Positions 13,588-25,977 of a stretch of DNA of 64,000 nucleotides are shown piece by piece. The stretch covers positions 24,180,001 to 24,244,000 of the forward strand of contig OX597834.1 in assembly GCA_951406725.2 (NCBI GenBank), read 5' to 3'. The DNA comes from Octopus vulgaris (taxonomy: Eukaryota). Numbering within the stretch: position 1 is the first letter of the stretch; every line of letters starts with the position of its first letter. Position numbers and translations under genes: made by a program. The notes beneath the pieces are model-generated. The model had not been told where the DNA came from. It saw nothing but the letters and a program-made list of their open reading frames with translations, and made no database searches.

Positions 13588-14026
13588 TCTGGGCATGGAC
13601 ACATTGAAACTCTGACGTCTGGCAGCTCACTTGGCAGACACCCATAAAATTATTAACCATCTTACAAACAATAACTCTGAGCACCTTTTCAAACTCCACC
13701 TGTCTAACACCCGTGGGCATGTTTACAAAGTCAGAAAACAGCACAGCTCCCATGACTTTTGGAAACATTTTTTCACGCTAAGAGTTGCTGAAGCATGGAA
13801 CAAACTGCTGGCATCAGTTGTTAGTTGTCGGAGCACCGCGTCCTTCAAAACTTCCATGCTTCTTGAGATTCGCCAACACTACACCTGATTTTCTCCCCTC
13901 CATACACACACAAGCATGTATCTGACTCATACACTGTTCACTTTCCAGACATTTGTACATTACTGCATATGCTTTATATGCACTTTTGACAAGTTGTGGT
14001 GCACCTGAGCACTGTGTACAATAATT

Positions 14027-14056
<30 letters not shown>
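13588..14056 (+). mobile_element. CR1-clade LINE 3' end with (ATT)n tail
   Basis: NTRGHVYKV...KHFFTLRVAEAWNKL.ASVV...FK. Near-identical copy at 50648-51092 and partial copy at 43862-44065. Confidence 0.85.
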
Positions 14057-14061
<5 letters not shown>

Positions 14062-14268
14062 GTTTATTGTGGTTTCTGTCTACTGACTCCACTCACAAGG
14101 CTTTGGTCAATCCGGAGCTATACCAGTAGACACTTACTGAAGATGCCAAGCAGTGGGACTGAACCTGGAGCCATGTGGTTGGGAAGCAAACATCTTAACC
14201 ACTCAGCCATACCTGCTGTGCTTACCTTAAAATTTAAATGCAGTGCTATCATAGAGAGAATACAATGA

Positions 14269-14322
<54 letters not shown>

Positions 14323-15331
14323 TTTTCAAGTATGTGCTACTATCCTTCCTCACACCTCATCCAACCACTTGCTATTCTCTCTTTAACTATAATCCCATAA
14401 ATCTTTCTGTTGTTGCTAAGATCATTTATATTCTATTGCTATTGTCTTAGTTTGCATTTACAGCTGGAAGCCATTTCAGAACTCAATACCACTATTGTTC
14501 TCTTTAATCACAAGCCTGCTGACTGTTTCAACTAACTCACGGAAATTTTCAAATATTATTAAAGCCCAACGACATCCAGAAATTAAAATAACTAATTAGC
14601 GATGACTGTTAATACAAATATCTTTTGATACACTCAAGAAGACCCATCTTCCACAACCGAAGAGGATTGGCCTGATTGAGTCAGTACCTTGTAAAAAGTA
14701 TTTGTGTCGGTGTCACATTGAGAGTACTCCTACCAGTGCCATGTAACAACACTCAGGTCTGTGGCACACTAAAAGCACCTACCACATGTGTAAAATGGTT
14801 GGCATTAGAAAGGGCATCCAGCTATGGAAACTAAGCCAAATCAGACCGGAACCTGGTGCAACTTCCTAGCTTGCCAGCTTCATTCAAACAGACCAACCCA
14901 TGCCAGAATAGAAAACAGACGTTAAAGGATTATGGTGATGATAGCAAGGGTCGACTTTGCCTTTCATCCTTTCGGGGTCGATAAATTAAGTGCCAGTTAT
15001 GCACTGGGGTCGATGTAATCCACTTAATTCGTTTGTCTGTCCTTGTTTGTCCCCTCTTTGTTTAGCCCCCTGTGGGCAATAAAGAAATAAGCAGTATAGA
15101 CTTGGTTGTGTGGTTAAGAAGTTTTGTTCACACCTCTGTGGTTTTGAGTTCAGTGCCACTCTGTTCCACCTTGTGCAAGTATCTTCTACTATGGTACTGG
15201 GTTGGGTGAAACCTTGGATGTGGGTGTGGTTGGTGGAAACTGAAAGAAGCCCACCATATATATGTGTGTGTGTGTGTGTTTGTGTGTACTCTTGTCTTGA
15301 CATCATGTGATAGTTGTAAATAAGCATCATT

Positions 15332-15545
15332 GTCTATCTATCTATCCGCTCAGTCGAAGTCAACTCTCAGTTACTCATTGGATCAGTGTCCTCCAGTCAG
15401 TTCTATCCTGGGCCGCTTCTTTCAGATTGGCTATGTCCATTCCGGTATCACTCTTGATGGTGTCAAGCCAGCGGGTTCTTGGTCGGCCTCTTCCTCTCTT
15501 GCCACTGACCATTCCGAGCATGATGTCCTTCTCCAGCATCATTGT
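15332..15545 (-). mobile_element. RTE/BovB-like LINE 3' end
   Basis: LEKDIMLGMVSGKRGRGRPRTRWLD...AAQDRTDWR. Confidence 0.85.
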
Positions 15546-15888
15546 AATACAAGTGAAATTCACTTCCAGCCCACCATGAAAATGCCTGATCGTTGGGAAA
15601 TATTACCTTCTTTAGAAACAATGAGGGTTGGCAACAGAAAAGCATCCAACGGTACAAAATCTGCCGCAGCAAATTGCATGTGACCTATGCAAGCATGGAA
15701 AAGTAGATGTTAAATTATGAGGATTATGATTTTATACAGGCACAGGCATGGCTGTGTGGTAAGAAGCATACTTCTCAACCACATGGTTCAGTCCTACTGT
15801 GTGGCACCTTGGACAAGTGTCTTCTGCTATGGGCCAACCAAAATCTTGTGAGTGGATTTGGTAGACAGAAACCGAAAGAAGCCCGTTA

Positions 15889-15922
<34 letters not shown>

Positions 15923-17817
15923 TGTGTGTGTGTGTGTATATATATGTGTGTGTATATATATATGTGTGTGTGTATATGTGTGTGTGTATATATATGTGTG
16001 TGTGTGTATATATATGTGTGTGTGTATATGTGTGTGTGTGTATATATGTGTGTGTGTGTGTATATATATATGTGTGTGTGTATATATATGTGTGTGTGTG
16101 TATATATATATGTGTGTATGTGTATATATATATATGTGTGTGTGTGTGTGTATATATATGTGTATGTATGTATATATGTATGTATGTATATGTGTGTGCC
16201 ATTGTGTCTGTGTTTGTCCTCCCATCACTGCATGACCACCAGTACTGGTGTGTTTACATCCTTCTAACTTAGCAGTTCAGCAAAAAGAACTGATAGAATA
16301 AGTACTGGACTTTCAGAAAATAGTCCTGGGGTTGATTTATTTGACTGTCCCTTCAAGGCTGCGCTCCAGCATGGCTGCAATCAAATGACTGAAACAATGC
16401 CACTAAGCATTTTTTCCCCCACTATGCTAACGATTCTGCCTAGCTTGTGCCACTTGACATTCCATTCATATATATATTAAGCCACTGTATACCTACTTTT
16501 GCCCACCCCTGTATAAATGAAAATAAAATTTGGTTTAATAGATTTCAAACTAGTTTGGACAAGAAAAGATTTTGGCACAACCAATTTCATTCTCTCCAAA
16601 CATAAACAGTATGTTACTTATTTAGTGTGTTTGACAGGTGCTGTCTGTCATATGGAACTGCCAGCTTGCGTGGGTTCAAAGTGGTCTGTTGGCTGGCTGG
16701 CTGGCTGGTTGCTTGCTTGGTTGCTTGGTTGTTGAGTATGTGTGAATAAGTAGCAAGGTTAGTTTTTTCCTCCTCGCAGCATTTGAAAATCGGTGTCTTT
16801 AAAATATGCTAAACCATGTGAACTTGCATGTAGTCTTTCTCATCCAACTCTCATATATGAAGTCACGTCAAGTCATAGAAAGTAGCTTTAAACTTGACAC
16901 CATGTCATATCTCCTACCTGTTGTGTTTGTTGCAGTGGTGGTGGTGGTGGGAAAGAGCTCACTCACCCACCTCCACCAATGACATCAGCCCCATCTGTTG
17001 CGACTGTCATTAGAGTCCCAAGTCCTTTCTCTTTCTATTCTCTATTATCTAGTTTAGTTTCATATCTAAAACAGAACACTTCATTTGTATTACTATCACC
17101 TTTAAAGGTAACTAAATTAATATTACAATTATTTCTCTCTCTCTCTGTCTCTCTCTCTCTCTTTATCTATCAGCTTGTCTGTCTGTTAGTCAATCTGTCT
17201 GTCTACCACTGTCTAACTGTATGTGTTTATATAGCTTTATATATATTACTATTTGTTTATTTATCTATGTCTAACTGGTTAGCTGTCTATTTATTTACCC
17301 TATCTCTCTGTGCTTACCTGTCTGTCTGCTTAGTCAGATACAAGGACTTGGTTGACAAGGCTCTTGTCAAAAAATGGCACACACCCTCATTCCCAATCAA
17401 AGTTGGCTGCTGCAGTTGCCCAGCAAGATCAACATTCTGTTTCTTATAGTAGATTGAAGGCCAAACAACTGAAGGAGATTGCCGGTAAGTCAGTTGTGGT
17501 TGATAATAGATTTCTGAGAGCAAACATTTCTCTTGGTGGAACACTTCTCTCTGTCCACATTGTCCTTCTTAGGTAAAGCATTCAGACTAAGGGGTGAAAT
17601 GCTTGTGACCCTGAGTTATCCACTGAACATACACAAACATTTCAAACATAGACAAAAGAGCTAACTTGTAACATCTTTAAGTAGCTTCTGCAGTTTCTGC
17701 TTAGGGCAGAGCATCTCAGGGGTTTGTTTATTTCACCTCATTAATGAGGAAGAGGAGCAGAAGAATTTCACTTCATTTTCTTTCTTTTCTTAGCATGAGC
17801 AGAAGGGGACTGGAGAG

Positions 17818-18229
17818 GGATCTTTTCGGTTTGACCGGCAGTTTTTTAAAACAATTTCCATGTAACTAAAAAATTTTAAACTTCGTATACTGGTAGAATG
17901 TGTTTATAAAACATCTTTTTCTCTTGGCTTTATTGAGAAAATTCTATAGTTTGTAAGATACTTGTTTTTTTTTCCTTCAATTTCTGCAATTTCAACCAAT
18001 CAATGACGTCTATTGAGGTGAAAACATTCTGTGCTGTAATGAATATGTCCCTCGTTTAAGAAACAGATTGGGGTTATTTACATTTGTGAAGAAAAAAAAG
18101 ATACCCTTCCCCCCACCCCTAACCCTAACACAGATTGAAATGCAATAGATCGATACTAGGGTCATACTTATGGGTGACAATTTCATATGACACTGCTAGA
18201 AAAAACTGCCGTTCAAACCGAAAAGATCC
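17818..18229. mobile_element. MITE with about 29-bp TIRs and 8-bp target duplication (superfamily not assigned)
   Basis: GGATCTTTTCGGTTTGACCGGCAGTTTTT ... AAAAACTGCCGTTCAAACCGAAAAGATCC, flanked by CTGGAGAG and TTGGAGAG. Confidence 0.85.
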
Positions 18230-20761
18230 TTGGAGAGTGATACTTATCAGTTTGAGACCCCTGACCTATGTCTTACAGCATCTTTTTCACTCCCTTACGT
18301 TTTCAGTTTGAAAATCCACCCTTATTGGTCTTTGTGTTCTGAGTTCAAATCCTTTGCCTTACATCCTTCAGGAGTTAATAAAAAATAAAGATACAAACAG
18401 GAAGATTTCTCTGCTGTCACCTGTTGGTGTGAAACAGTTTAACAACTGAACTAGGTATTTAATCAGCTCTGTAGGTTCACTCAAGCAGAACTGACTGATT
18501 GTAAGTTTTTAGGTGTGGATCATATTAAAAAGTTTCAAACTTCCTTTCATGGTTAAATGATTGAAGTATATCTAACTTATTGCCAAAGTCAAGATAATCA
18601 AGTAAGCATGTCAGGGAAGGAGCCTCTCTGTTGTTGCTTGACCTGCTAAAAATAACAGCCAAATATCCCTCAAAATCATACCCTATCATCTTAATAGAAA
18701 GGAAAGACTTGTTGGATGATGTAATTCTATATCCATTCTCAGGCAGGTTGGAATGCCTTTGATATGAGTTCTGTCACTTGAGTAGGATTAGCTTTGGGAT
18801 AAACAGTTCCAACAACAACTTCTGAAGTATTCATGCAATTAACCTTTTATATCTTCTTGGGGAATTGGTTTTGGTCATATTGGAGCACCACTATTAATGA
18901 ATACTATTTCAGTAATCATTGTTCAGTGTTTTTTCCAGTGAATGATGATATTGTGGCATTTATCACCGTGTGTTTGTGTGTGTGTCTCTCTCTCTCTCTC
19001 TCTCCCTCTCCCCCTCTCAGAGGATGTTGTGCAGTTGCCATGCAAGCTGATTGAGCAATTGAACCTATAATCAAAGTTGCTTCATCTGTGAATATCCAGT
19101 TTGTGTGTCTAGAATTCCATTAGTTAATGTATCCTTCCTTTTTTTTTTTTCAAGATGGTGTGATTTGGTTACTATTTTTAGTGACCATATGGGCCACTTA
19201 TTCTTCTTGTGCACACATACACACACATGCACACTACACACACAAACAGGCATCACGTACATTCATTGCACACACTAACCACAGCACAACACACTTTGGC
19301 ACCTGCTAGAAATAAACAGCCAAAGCACTCCTCACCATTTTAGAGAAGGTCATGATAGAGAATGTAGTTCAAGATTCTTCTTGTTTTGTCCCAAGTCTGC
19401 TCTGAACATTGAGAACTTTGATCAAATGGGTCCCCACACATGACCCTCTCTTATAGATCTCTGACCAACATTGGTGCACATCATTTCCTCTTTTAATAGC
19501 ATACTTTTCTGATTGAGGTGGGGGTAAATTATTCCATAAAATATGTTTAATGGGAGAAAAATATTGAGAAAGCATCAATACATATAAGAGTGAAAATGGG
19601 GTGGTGGTTTGGGATGTGCTAGAAACAATAGCCAAATCTCCCTTGAATCGTACACCTTTTCCTCTGAAAATATTTATAATTTTATTTTATTTTTTTACCA
19701 AAAAGGCTCCTCCCATGGTTTTTAAGCTTTAAAAAAAATTGGCCGAAATCGATCTGGTTGTGGGATGTTAAGGAATTTCTAGAATTTTCAAAACTTTTTT
19801 TTTCACAAAAATTGCCCCTCCCCCCTCTGGTCAGTGGTTCAGCAAAAAGGAATTGATAGAGTAAGTAGCAAGCTTAAAAGAAAACAAATACTTGGGTCGA
19901 TTCATTCACCAAAAATTTATTCAGTATGGCCACAGTCTAATGATCGAAACAGATAAAAGCAGGCATGTGCTGTCTGTAATTACTCAGGGTAGGCAGTTGG
20001 TGACCTTTACGTAGTAAAAACACAAAAAATTAGTGAAACACAGGCATATGACTGAGTTGAAGGCAGATTTACTTCTGCTTTTATAGTACGTACAGAAAAC
20101 GGTGTTTTAGGAGTGCACACAGCGTGTGTACTACGCCAGTACTATGCACAGCTTAAATACTGGGATTTAAAGGCAGGAGCAAATTATGCCTACCTAATAT
20201 ACAAAAAAAAAAAAAGGAATATTTTGCATTTTATGCATAGTAATCAGATTAACCTTCATAATTTTATTGAATTAGGTGCATATTTTTGCCATGAAAGGAA
20301 AATGTTGCTATCGATCTATTTTATTCAAGGTAGGCACTGCCTACTTTGCCTACTTAGGCGGCACAACCTTGGAGACAAGATATATCCAACCAAAGTGTCT
20401 ACATATTGTATAAATTGTGGCTAAGTGTTTTTGCTTTTTTATATCTTTTTGTATAAATATTTGAAAGAATTCTGGCCATTGCGTGTCTCTTCCTCTTTCT
20501 GTGAGAAATACACACAATTATTCTCGCATGAAAAACATAGATCTGTGAATCATTCAACAGAACAAAAAATCATGTCAAGAACATTAAAATAAAAATAATA
20601 AGATTGACACAAAATCAAAAACAGTTTTTCTTTCTGTTGTGATTTGGATGTGAAACAATTTTTTTGTAAGCTATTAACAGCAGTCATCGTTATCATCATT
20701 ATTGGGGGGGGAAAAAAAAACATTGAATAAGTTTAGAGTTTTATTCAGTTGCTGGACTTAT

Positions 20762-21003
20762 GGTGTATATAAAAGCACCAACTGATCGTGGCCGTTGCCA
20801 GCTTTCCCTGGCACCTGTGCCAGTGGCACGTAAAAAGCACCCACTACACTCACGGAGTGGTTGGCATCAGGAAGGGCATCCAGCTGTAGAAACACTGCCA
20901 GATCAGACTGGGGCCTGGTGCAGCCTCCTGGCTTCCCAGACCCCGGTCGAACCGTCCAACCCATGCTAGCATGGAAAACGGACGTTAAACGATGATGATG
21001 AAG
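20762..21003 (+). mobile_element. Short retroposon 3' segment (family D) with (GAT)n tail
   Basis: GGTTGGC.T.AGGAAGGGCATCCAGCTGTAGAAAC...CCATGCTAGCATGGAAAACGGACGTTAAACGATGATG. Copies near 21828, 26700, 37910, 41135, 50383 and 51298, and at the 3' end of the RTE fragment at 2200. Confidence 0.85.
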
Positions 21004-21592
21004 ATGATATAACATCTCAAAGACTGCTCACTCTCTTCCCACTGTCAACACTTAGTAATCCTCTACTAAGTACACGTGAACCCTACAATAGAACATTGCT
21101 CACACACCAGAGGCAGTGCAATAGTTTTACACACAGATATTGTACCCTAGCCACAGAAAGGTGACTTGCCATAAAAAAGGCACAGACATACTTTTACCAG
21201 ATTCTTCACTAGTTCCTCTACTTCTCTTGTAATGGCCTCTGCTTCTCAGAGATAGCTGATGTAATCTCATCCCCAGTCAGGCACTCTTAACTTTTGTACA
21301 ACCTTCCAGGTCTCAATTTATCTCTATCTCCAGTCCTTCCTCTCCAGAATGCCATCCCTCTAGAACTCACTCACTTGCTCTCCACTTATGTCTTTCCTGC
21401 AGCTCTTGGTTTTTTTTTAGTAGTTTAAGTAGAACACTAATGGTATCGTTTTCACTTCACAAGATGTACAAAGGGCATGGGCACTGCCCCACTGCCCCTT
21501 ACATCCAGCAAGTAAAAAAAATATACACACGCATAAGAAGTTTCTGTGTATTTCTATGTGTACATAAATAAAACATACTCCTACATACATTC

Positions 21593-21631
<39 letters not shown>

Positions 21632-22119
21632 CATGCACATATTTCTCTCTCTCTCTCTCTTTCTCTCTTTCATATATATATTATGAATGTTTGTTTTTGC
21701 ATTCAGTTACAATAAAACAATTTTACCTTAATCTGATGGGTTACTCTATACTTTAGTAGATTACAAATATATTATACTTAGCTTAACTTTGAAGTCACTA
21801 TCAACAATATATCAATATATATATATATCATCATCATCATTTAACGTCCGTTTTCCATGCTAGCATGGGTTGGACTGTTCGACCAGGGATCTGGAAAGCC
21901 AGAAGGCTGCACCAGGCTCCAGTCTGATCTGGCTGTGTTTCTACTGCTGGATGCCCTTCCTAACGCCAACAACTCTGAGAGTGTAGTGGGTGCTTTTTAC
22001 GTGCCACCGGCACACATACACTGATTATATCTGCATGTATCATCTTTATTTTAACATTCACTTTTTTTTGCTTAAATGGGTCGAACAGTGTTTTTTGAGT
22101 CAGATTTTCTTATGACGCC

Positions 22120-22535
22120 ATATATATATGTGTGTGTGTGTATGTATGTATATATATATATGTGTGTGTGTGTATGTATGTATATATATATGCGTGTGTG
22201 TGTATGTGTGTGTATGTATATATGTGTGTATGTATATATATGTGTATGTGTGTATATGCGCGCGCGTGTGTGTATGTATATATATGTGTGTGTGTGTATG
22301 TATGTATATATATGTGTGTGTGTATGTATGTATGTATATATATGTATGTGTGTATGTATGTATGTATATATATGTATGTGTGTGTATGTATGTATATATA
22401 TATAGTGTGTGTGTGTATGTATATATATATATGTGTGTATGTATATATATATGAGTGTGTGTGTGTGTGTGTTTATATATGTATATGTGTGTGTGTGTGT
22501 GTGTGTATGTGTGTATGTGTGTATATATATATATA

Positions 22536-22602
<67 letters not shown>
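22120..22602. repeat. Compound (TA)n/(TG)n microsatellite; similar tracts near 12630-12915, 15888-16197 and 52055-52410
   Basis: Direct reading of the sequence. Confidence 0.95.
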
Positions 22603-22605
<3 letters not shown>

Positions 22606-22899
22606 GGTTGCATACTTGAGGCATACCCACACACACTCACTCATGAATATATTACTAAATGGATACAGAATAAGAAAGAGGAATAGTAATGTGTGCATGT
22701 ATATATATACATATATAGACACGTACATACACACATATATCTGATATGAGAATGTCATTGTTCACCACGTCCTGTACATCTAGTTGTGTCAGTTTTCCTA
22801 AGTACAGCACATAACTGAGTCACACTATCACTTGACCAACAACTTCAACTTTTTGTTTGTAATGTGTGTGTATATATGACTGTATATGTTGTGTTGTGT

Positions 22900-22944
<45 letters not shown>

Positions 22945-23374
22945 GTAAAGTGTAAGTGTGTGTATTTTTATTACCTTGTTTGTGTGTTTATATCAAGTGT
23001 ATTGGTATGTTTCTGTGATAGTCAGTGGGCTGTGTGTGTGTGTATGCTTGTGAATGGGTTGTTGCGTGTGTATGTGTGCTTGTATAATTTTTTGTGTATG
23101 TTTGTAAATCATTTGTAGGCGGGCTATTCCCTACAGTCTGTATATAACGCTTTTGTTCACTGTACATGTGTGTGTGTGTGTGTGTGTGTAGGTGAATATG
23201 TCTGAATTAGTGAGTGTGTGTATACGCATTTGTATGTGTCGTTATGTATATCCAAGTCAGATATGAATTTGCACACTCACTAAGTACATATCTGCTGTAT
23301 AGACACACATGCATACATTTCTGTATAATCGTGACCTGAAGTAGGATAAGTGACTCAGGAAATAAAATATAACT

Positions 23375-23476
23375 ATATCATTATTATCATCATTATCATT
23401 ATTATCATTATTATTATCATTATTATTATTATTATTATTATTATTGTTATCATCATTATTATTATCATCATCATCA

Positions 23477-23522
<46 letters not shown>
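23375..23522. repeat. (ATT/ATC)n trinucleotide repeat
   Basis: Direct reading of the sequence. Confidence 0.95.
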
Positions 23523-24190
23523 CTTTATCTTGGGGAAGAGATAGAAGTCCGCAGGTATTAAATCTGGCAAATAGGGCAAGTGTGGAAGTAATACCATGTT
23601 TTTGGTGAGAAACTCACAAATGAGGAGAGCTTGGTGACAGGGTGCATTGCCGTTGTGAAGAAGCCAATGCTTTGTGCTCCACAAATCTGGTTGCTCTTGC
23701 CAAATGTCTTCCCTCAGATACTTTGGTACATCACAGTAGAACTCTCAATTGTTGGACTGGCCCTGGGGAGGGGGGAACAAATTCTCAATGCACAATGCAT
23801 TTCCAGGGTGACACTCATGGCAGGCCTTCCAGGTCGCTCATCGTCTTACAGGGATGTTCTTGGGCATTTGAAGCGCTTGTGCTACTCAAAACATTGAGTA
23901 CAACCCGTTGCCGCATTGCTGTAAGCTTGCTTGAAGAATGCTCAATGTCTCTGTTGGAGACTTCCCAAATTTAATGCAAAATTAGCTCTTCCTGTCCATG
24001 ACAAAACCACAGACTACAGCATACACATGATCACGAGAACAAATTTCACATCTTGTGAAGTAAATACAGTGATACCACTCAGTAAACTGCCTCACGAAGG
24101 TCACTGCTAGCTCTCAGTGCACACACAACCATTTACTACCATCTGTTGGTGTGCTACAGAATTAGTCCGGGAACTTCTTGATACCACCTC
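23523..24190 (-). mobile_element. Mariner remnant
   Basis: LLHNGNAPCH...LPHLPYLPDLIPADFYLFPKIK, with a TIR-like GAGGTGGTATCAAGAAGTTCCCGGACTA next to a TA run. Confidence 0.8.
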
Positions 24191-24191
24191 A

Positions 24192-24235
<44 letters not shown>

Positions 24236-24791
24236 TGCAGGAATGGCTGTGTGGTAAGTAGCTTGCTTACCAACCACATGGTTCCGGGTTCAGTCCCACT
24301 GTGTGGCACTTTGGGCAAATGTCTTCTACTATAATCTCGGGCCGACCAAAACCTTGTGAGTGGATTTGGTAGACGGAAACTGAAACTGAAAGAAGCCTGT
24401 CGTATATATGTATATATATACATATGTATGTGTGTGTGTGTCTGTGTTTGTCCCCCCAACATCGCTTGACAACCGATGCTGGTGTGTTTACGTCCCCGTA
24501 ACTTAGCGGTTTGGCAAAAAAAACCAATAGAATAAGTACTAGGCTTACAAAGAATAAGTCCTGGGGTCGATTTGCTCGATTAAAGGCGGTGCTCCAGCAT
24601 GGCCGCAGTCAAATGACTGAAACAAGTAAAAGAGTATATATATATATATTGACCCCGAGCAAATTGACCCCGGAACTTATTCTTTGTAAGCCCAGTACTT
24701 ATTCTATCGGTCTCTTATGCCGAACCGCTAAGCGACGGAGACATAAACATACCAGCATCGGTTGTCAAGCAATGCTAGGGGGACAAACACA

Positions 24792-24843
<52 letters not shown>

Positions 24844-25017
24844 TACATATACATATATACGACAGGCTTCTTTCAGTTTCCATCTACCAAATCCACTCAC
24901 AAGTCATTGGTCGGCCCGGGGCTATAGCAGAAGACACTTGCCCAAGATGTCACGCAGTGGGACTGAACCCGGAACCATGTGGTTGGTTAGCAAGCTACTT
25001 ACCACACAGCCACTCCT
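24236..25017. mobile_element. Tail-to-tail inverted pair of family A SINEs
   Basis: Plus copy 24236-24633 and minus copy about 24650-25017, separated by a short TA run. Confidence 0.9.
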
Positions 25018-25039
25018 ATATATATATATATTAAAACAA

Positions 25040-25735
25040 AAAGTTAAATTCTGGTCAAAGAGTGACCAATGGGTTCGTGTCCACAAAAGCTACAGCCTTG
25101 TAGGTAGCTCATCAGACTCTATACAAAGAAAAAAATTTAATTTTCCACCTCGTGGGCATGAGGAAACATTAGGATAACAAGATCCAATTTAAAAACGTTG
25201 AGGACAGGTTACCTCCCCTGGACCAGAGGATACAAAGAAGCTTTCATGAAAATCTTTACGGTTTTCTATTAACCTAACCTGCAAACGGGGAGATCCAATT
25301 ATCTAGTAGGTGGCGCTTGAAATGAACAGCTTTTGAGAAAATTTCTTTACAGTTGTTTAATGTACCAAGCTTAGCTTAGTCTTTGAGAATTTTGGTTCTC
25401 TCTGTGATGCAGATTTTGCAATGGACTCTCCCATTAATATATAGGCCTGGATGATCTAAGATCTTCTGCCTGATATCATATGGAGGTCTCTTGATGTTTG
25501 AGGTGACACACATGGCTGACTACCAATGTGACACAATGTCTTTCTGGGACTCTGAAAGATGACTGGTGGTTGCAGAAGCACAGTTTGAAAGGTGTGCAGG
25601 CCGATCCGATATATTTACAAGCTTGGGAGGTGGCCTATATTCACACTCCTCGTGTATCGCTGGTAGGTTCTGGGCCCGAGGATATTGGTATCACCAGTGT
25701 TGATGTTGTTGTTAAGGTGCAATGACCTGGTGGTG
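25040..25735 (-). mobile_element. Second Penelope-like remnant (GIY-YIG C-terminus plus 3' region with hammerhead)
   Basis: Minus-strand translation YIGSACTPFKLCFCNHQSSF followed by NGRVHCKICITERTKIL matches the PLE endonuclease pattern YIG...FK.R..NH..SF and C..C..EK..IL. A hammerhead follows in the same orientation. Confidence 0.7.
25059..25120 (-). ncRNA. Hammerhead ribozyme motif downstream of a Penelope-like GIY-YIG remnant
   Basis: Minus strand reads AGAGT-CTGATGA-[imperfect stem II]-GAAC-CC-ATT-GG-TC-ACTCT. Stem I is perfect (5 bp), the triplet is GUC, and one core position differs (GAAA to GAAC). Confidence 0.65.
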
Positions 25736-25755
25736 CTGGTATATCTGCCATCTCT

Positions 25756-25977
25756 GGCGGTGAGCTGGCAGAATCATTAGCATGCCGGGCGAAATGCTTA
25801 GCGGTATTTCGTCTGCCGCTACGTTCAGAGTTCAAATTCCGCTGAGGTCGACTTTGCCTTTCATCCTTTCGGGGTCGATTAAATAAGTACCAGTTATGTA
25901 CTGGGGTCGATATAATCGACTTAATCCGTTTGTTTGTCCTCTCTGTGTATAGCCCCTTGTGGGTAGTAAAGAAATAG
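25756..25977 (+). mobile_element. SINE family B (Nin/Deu-like central domain), full-length with TSD
   Basis: GGCGGTGAGCTGGCAGAA...GCCTTTCATCCTTTCGGGGTCGAT...AGTACC, with flanking direct repeat ATCTGCCATCTCT. Other copies lie near 1013, 1933, 8858, 11707, 49537 and 54034. Confidence 0.85.

Noticed and set aside
15707-16272. Long ORFs of VCVY/HTHI type (also near 22072, 33875, 52029 and 62856)
   Set aside because: They are translations of microsatellites that lack stop codons and have no splice context.
19000-19054. Acceptor-like CTCTCAG followed by GTTGCCATG, as in the Myo6 exon
   Set aside because: The pyrimidine tract is a (CT)n repeat and the frame stops after four codons; likely coincidence.
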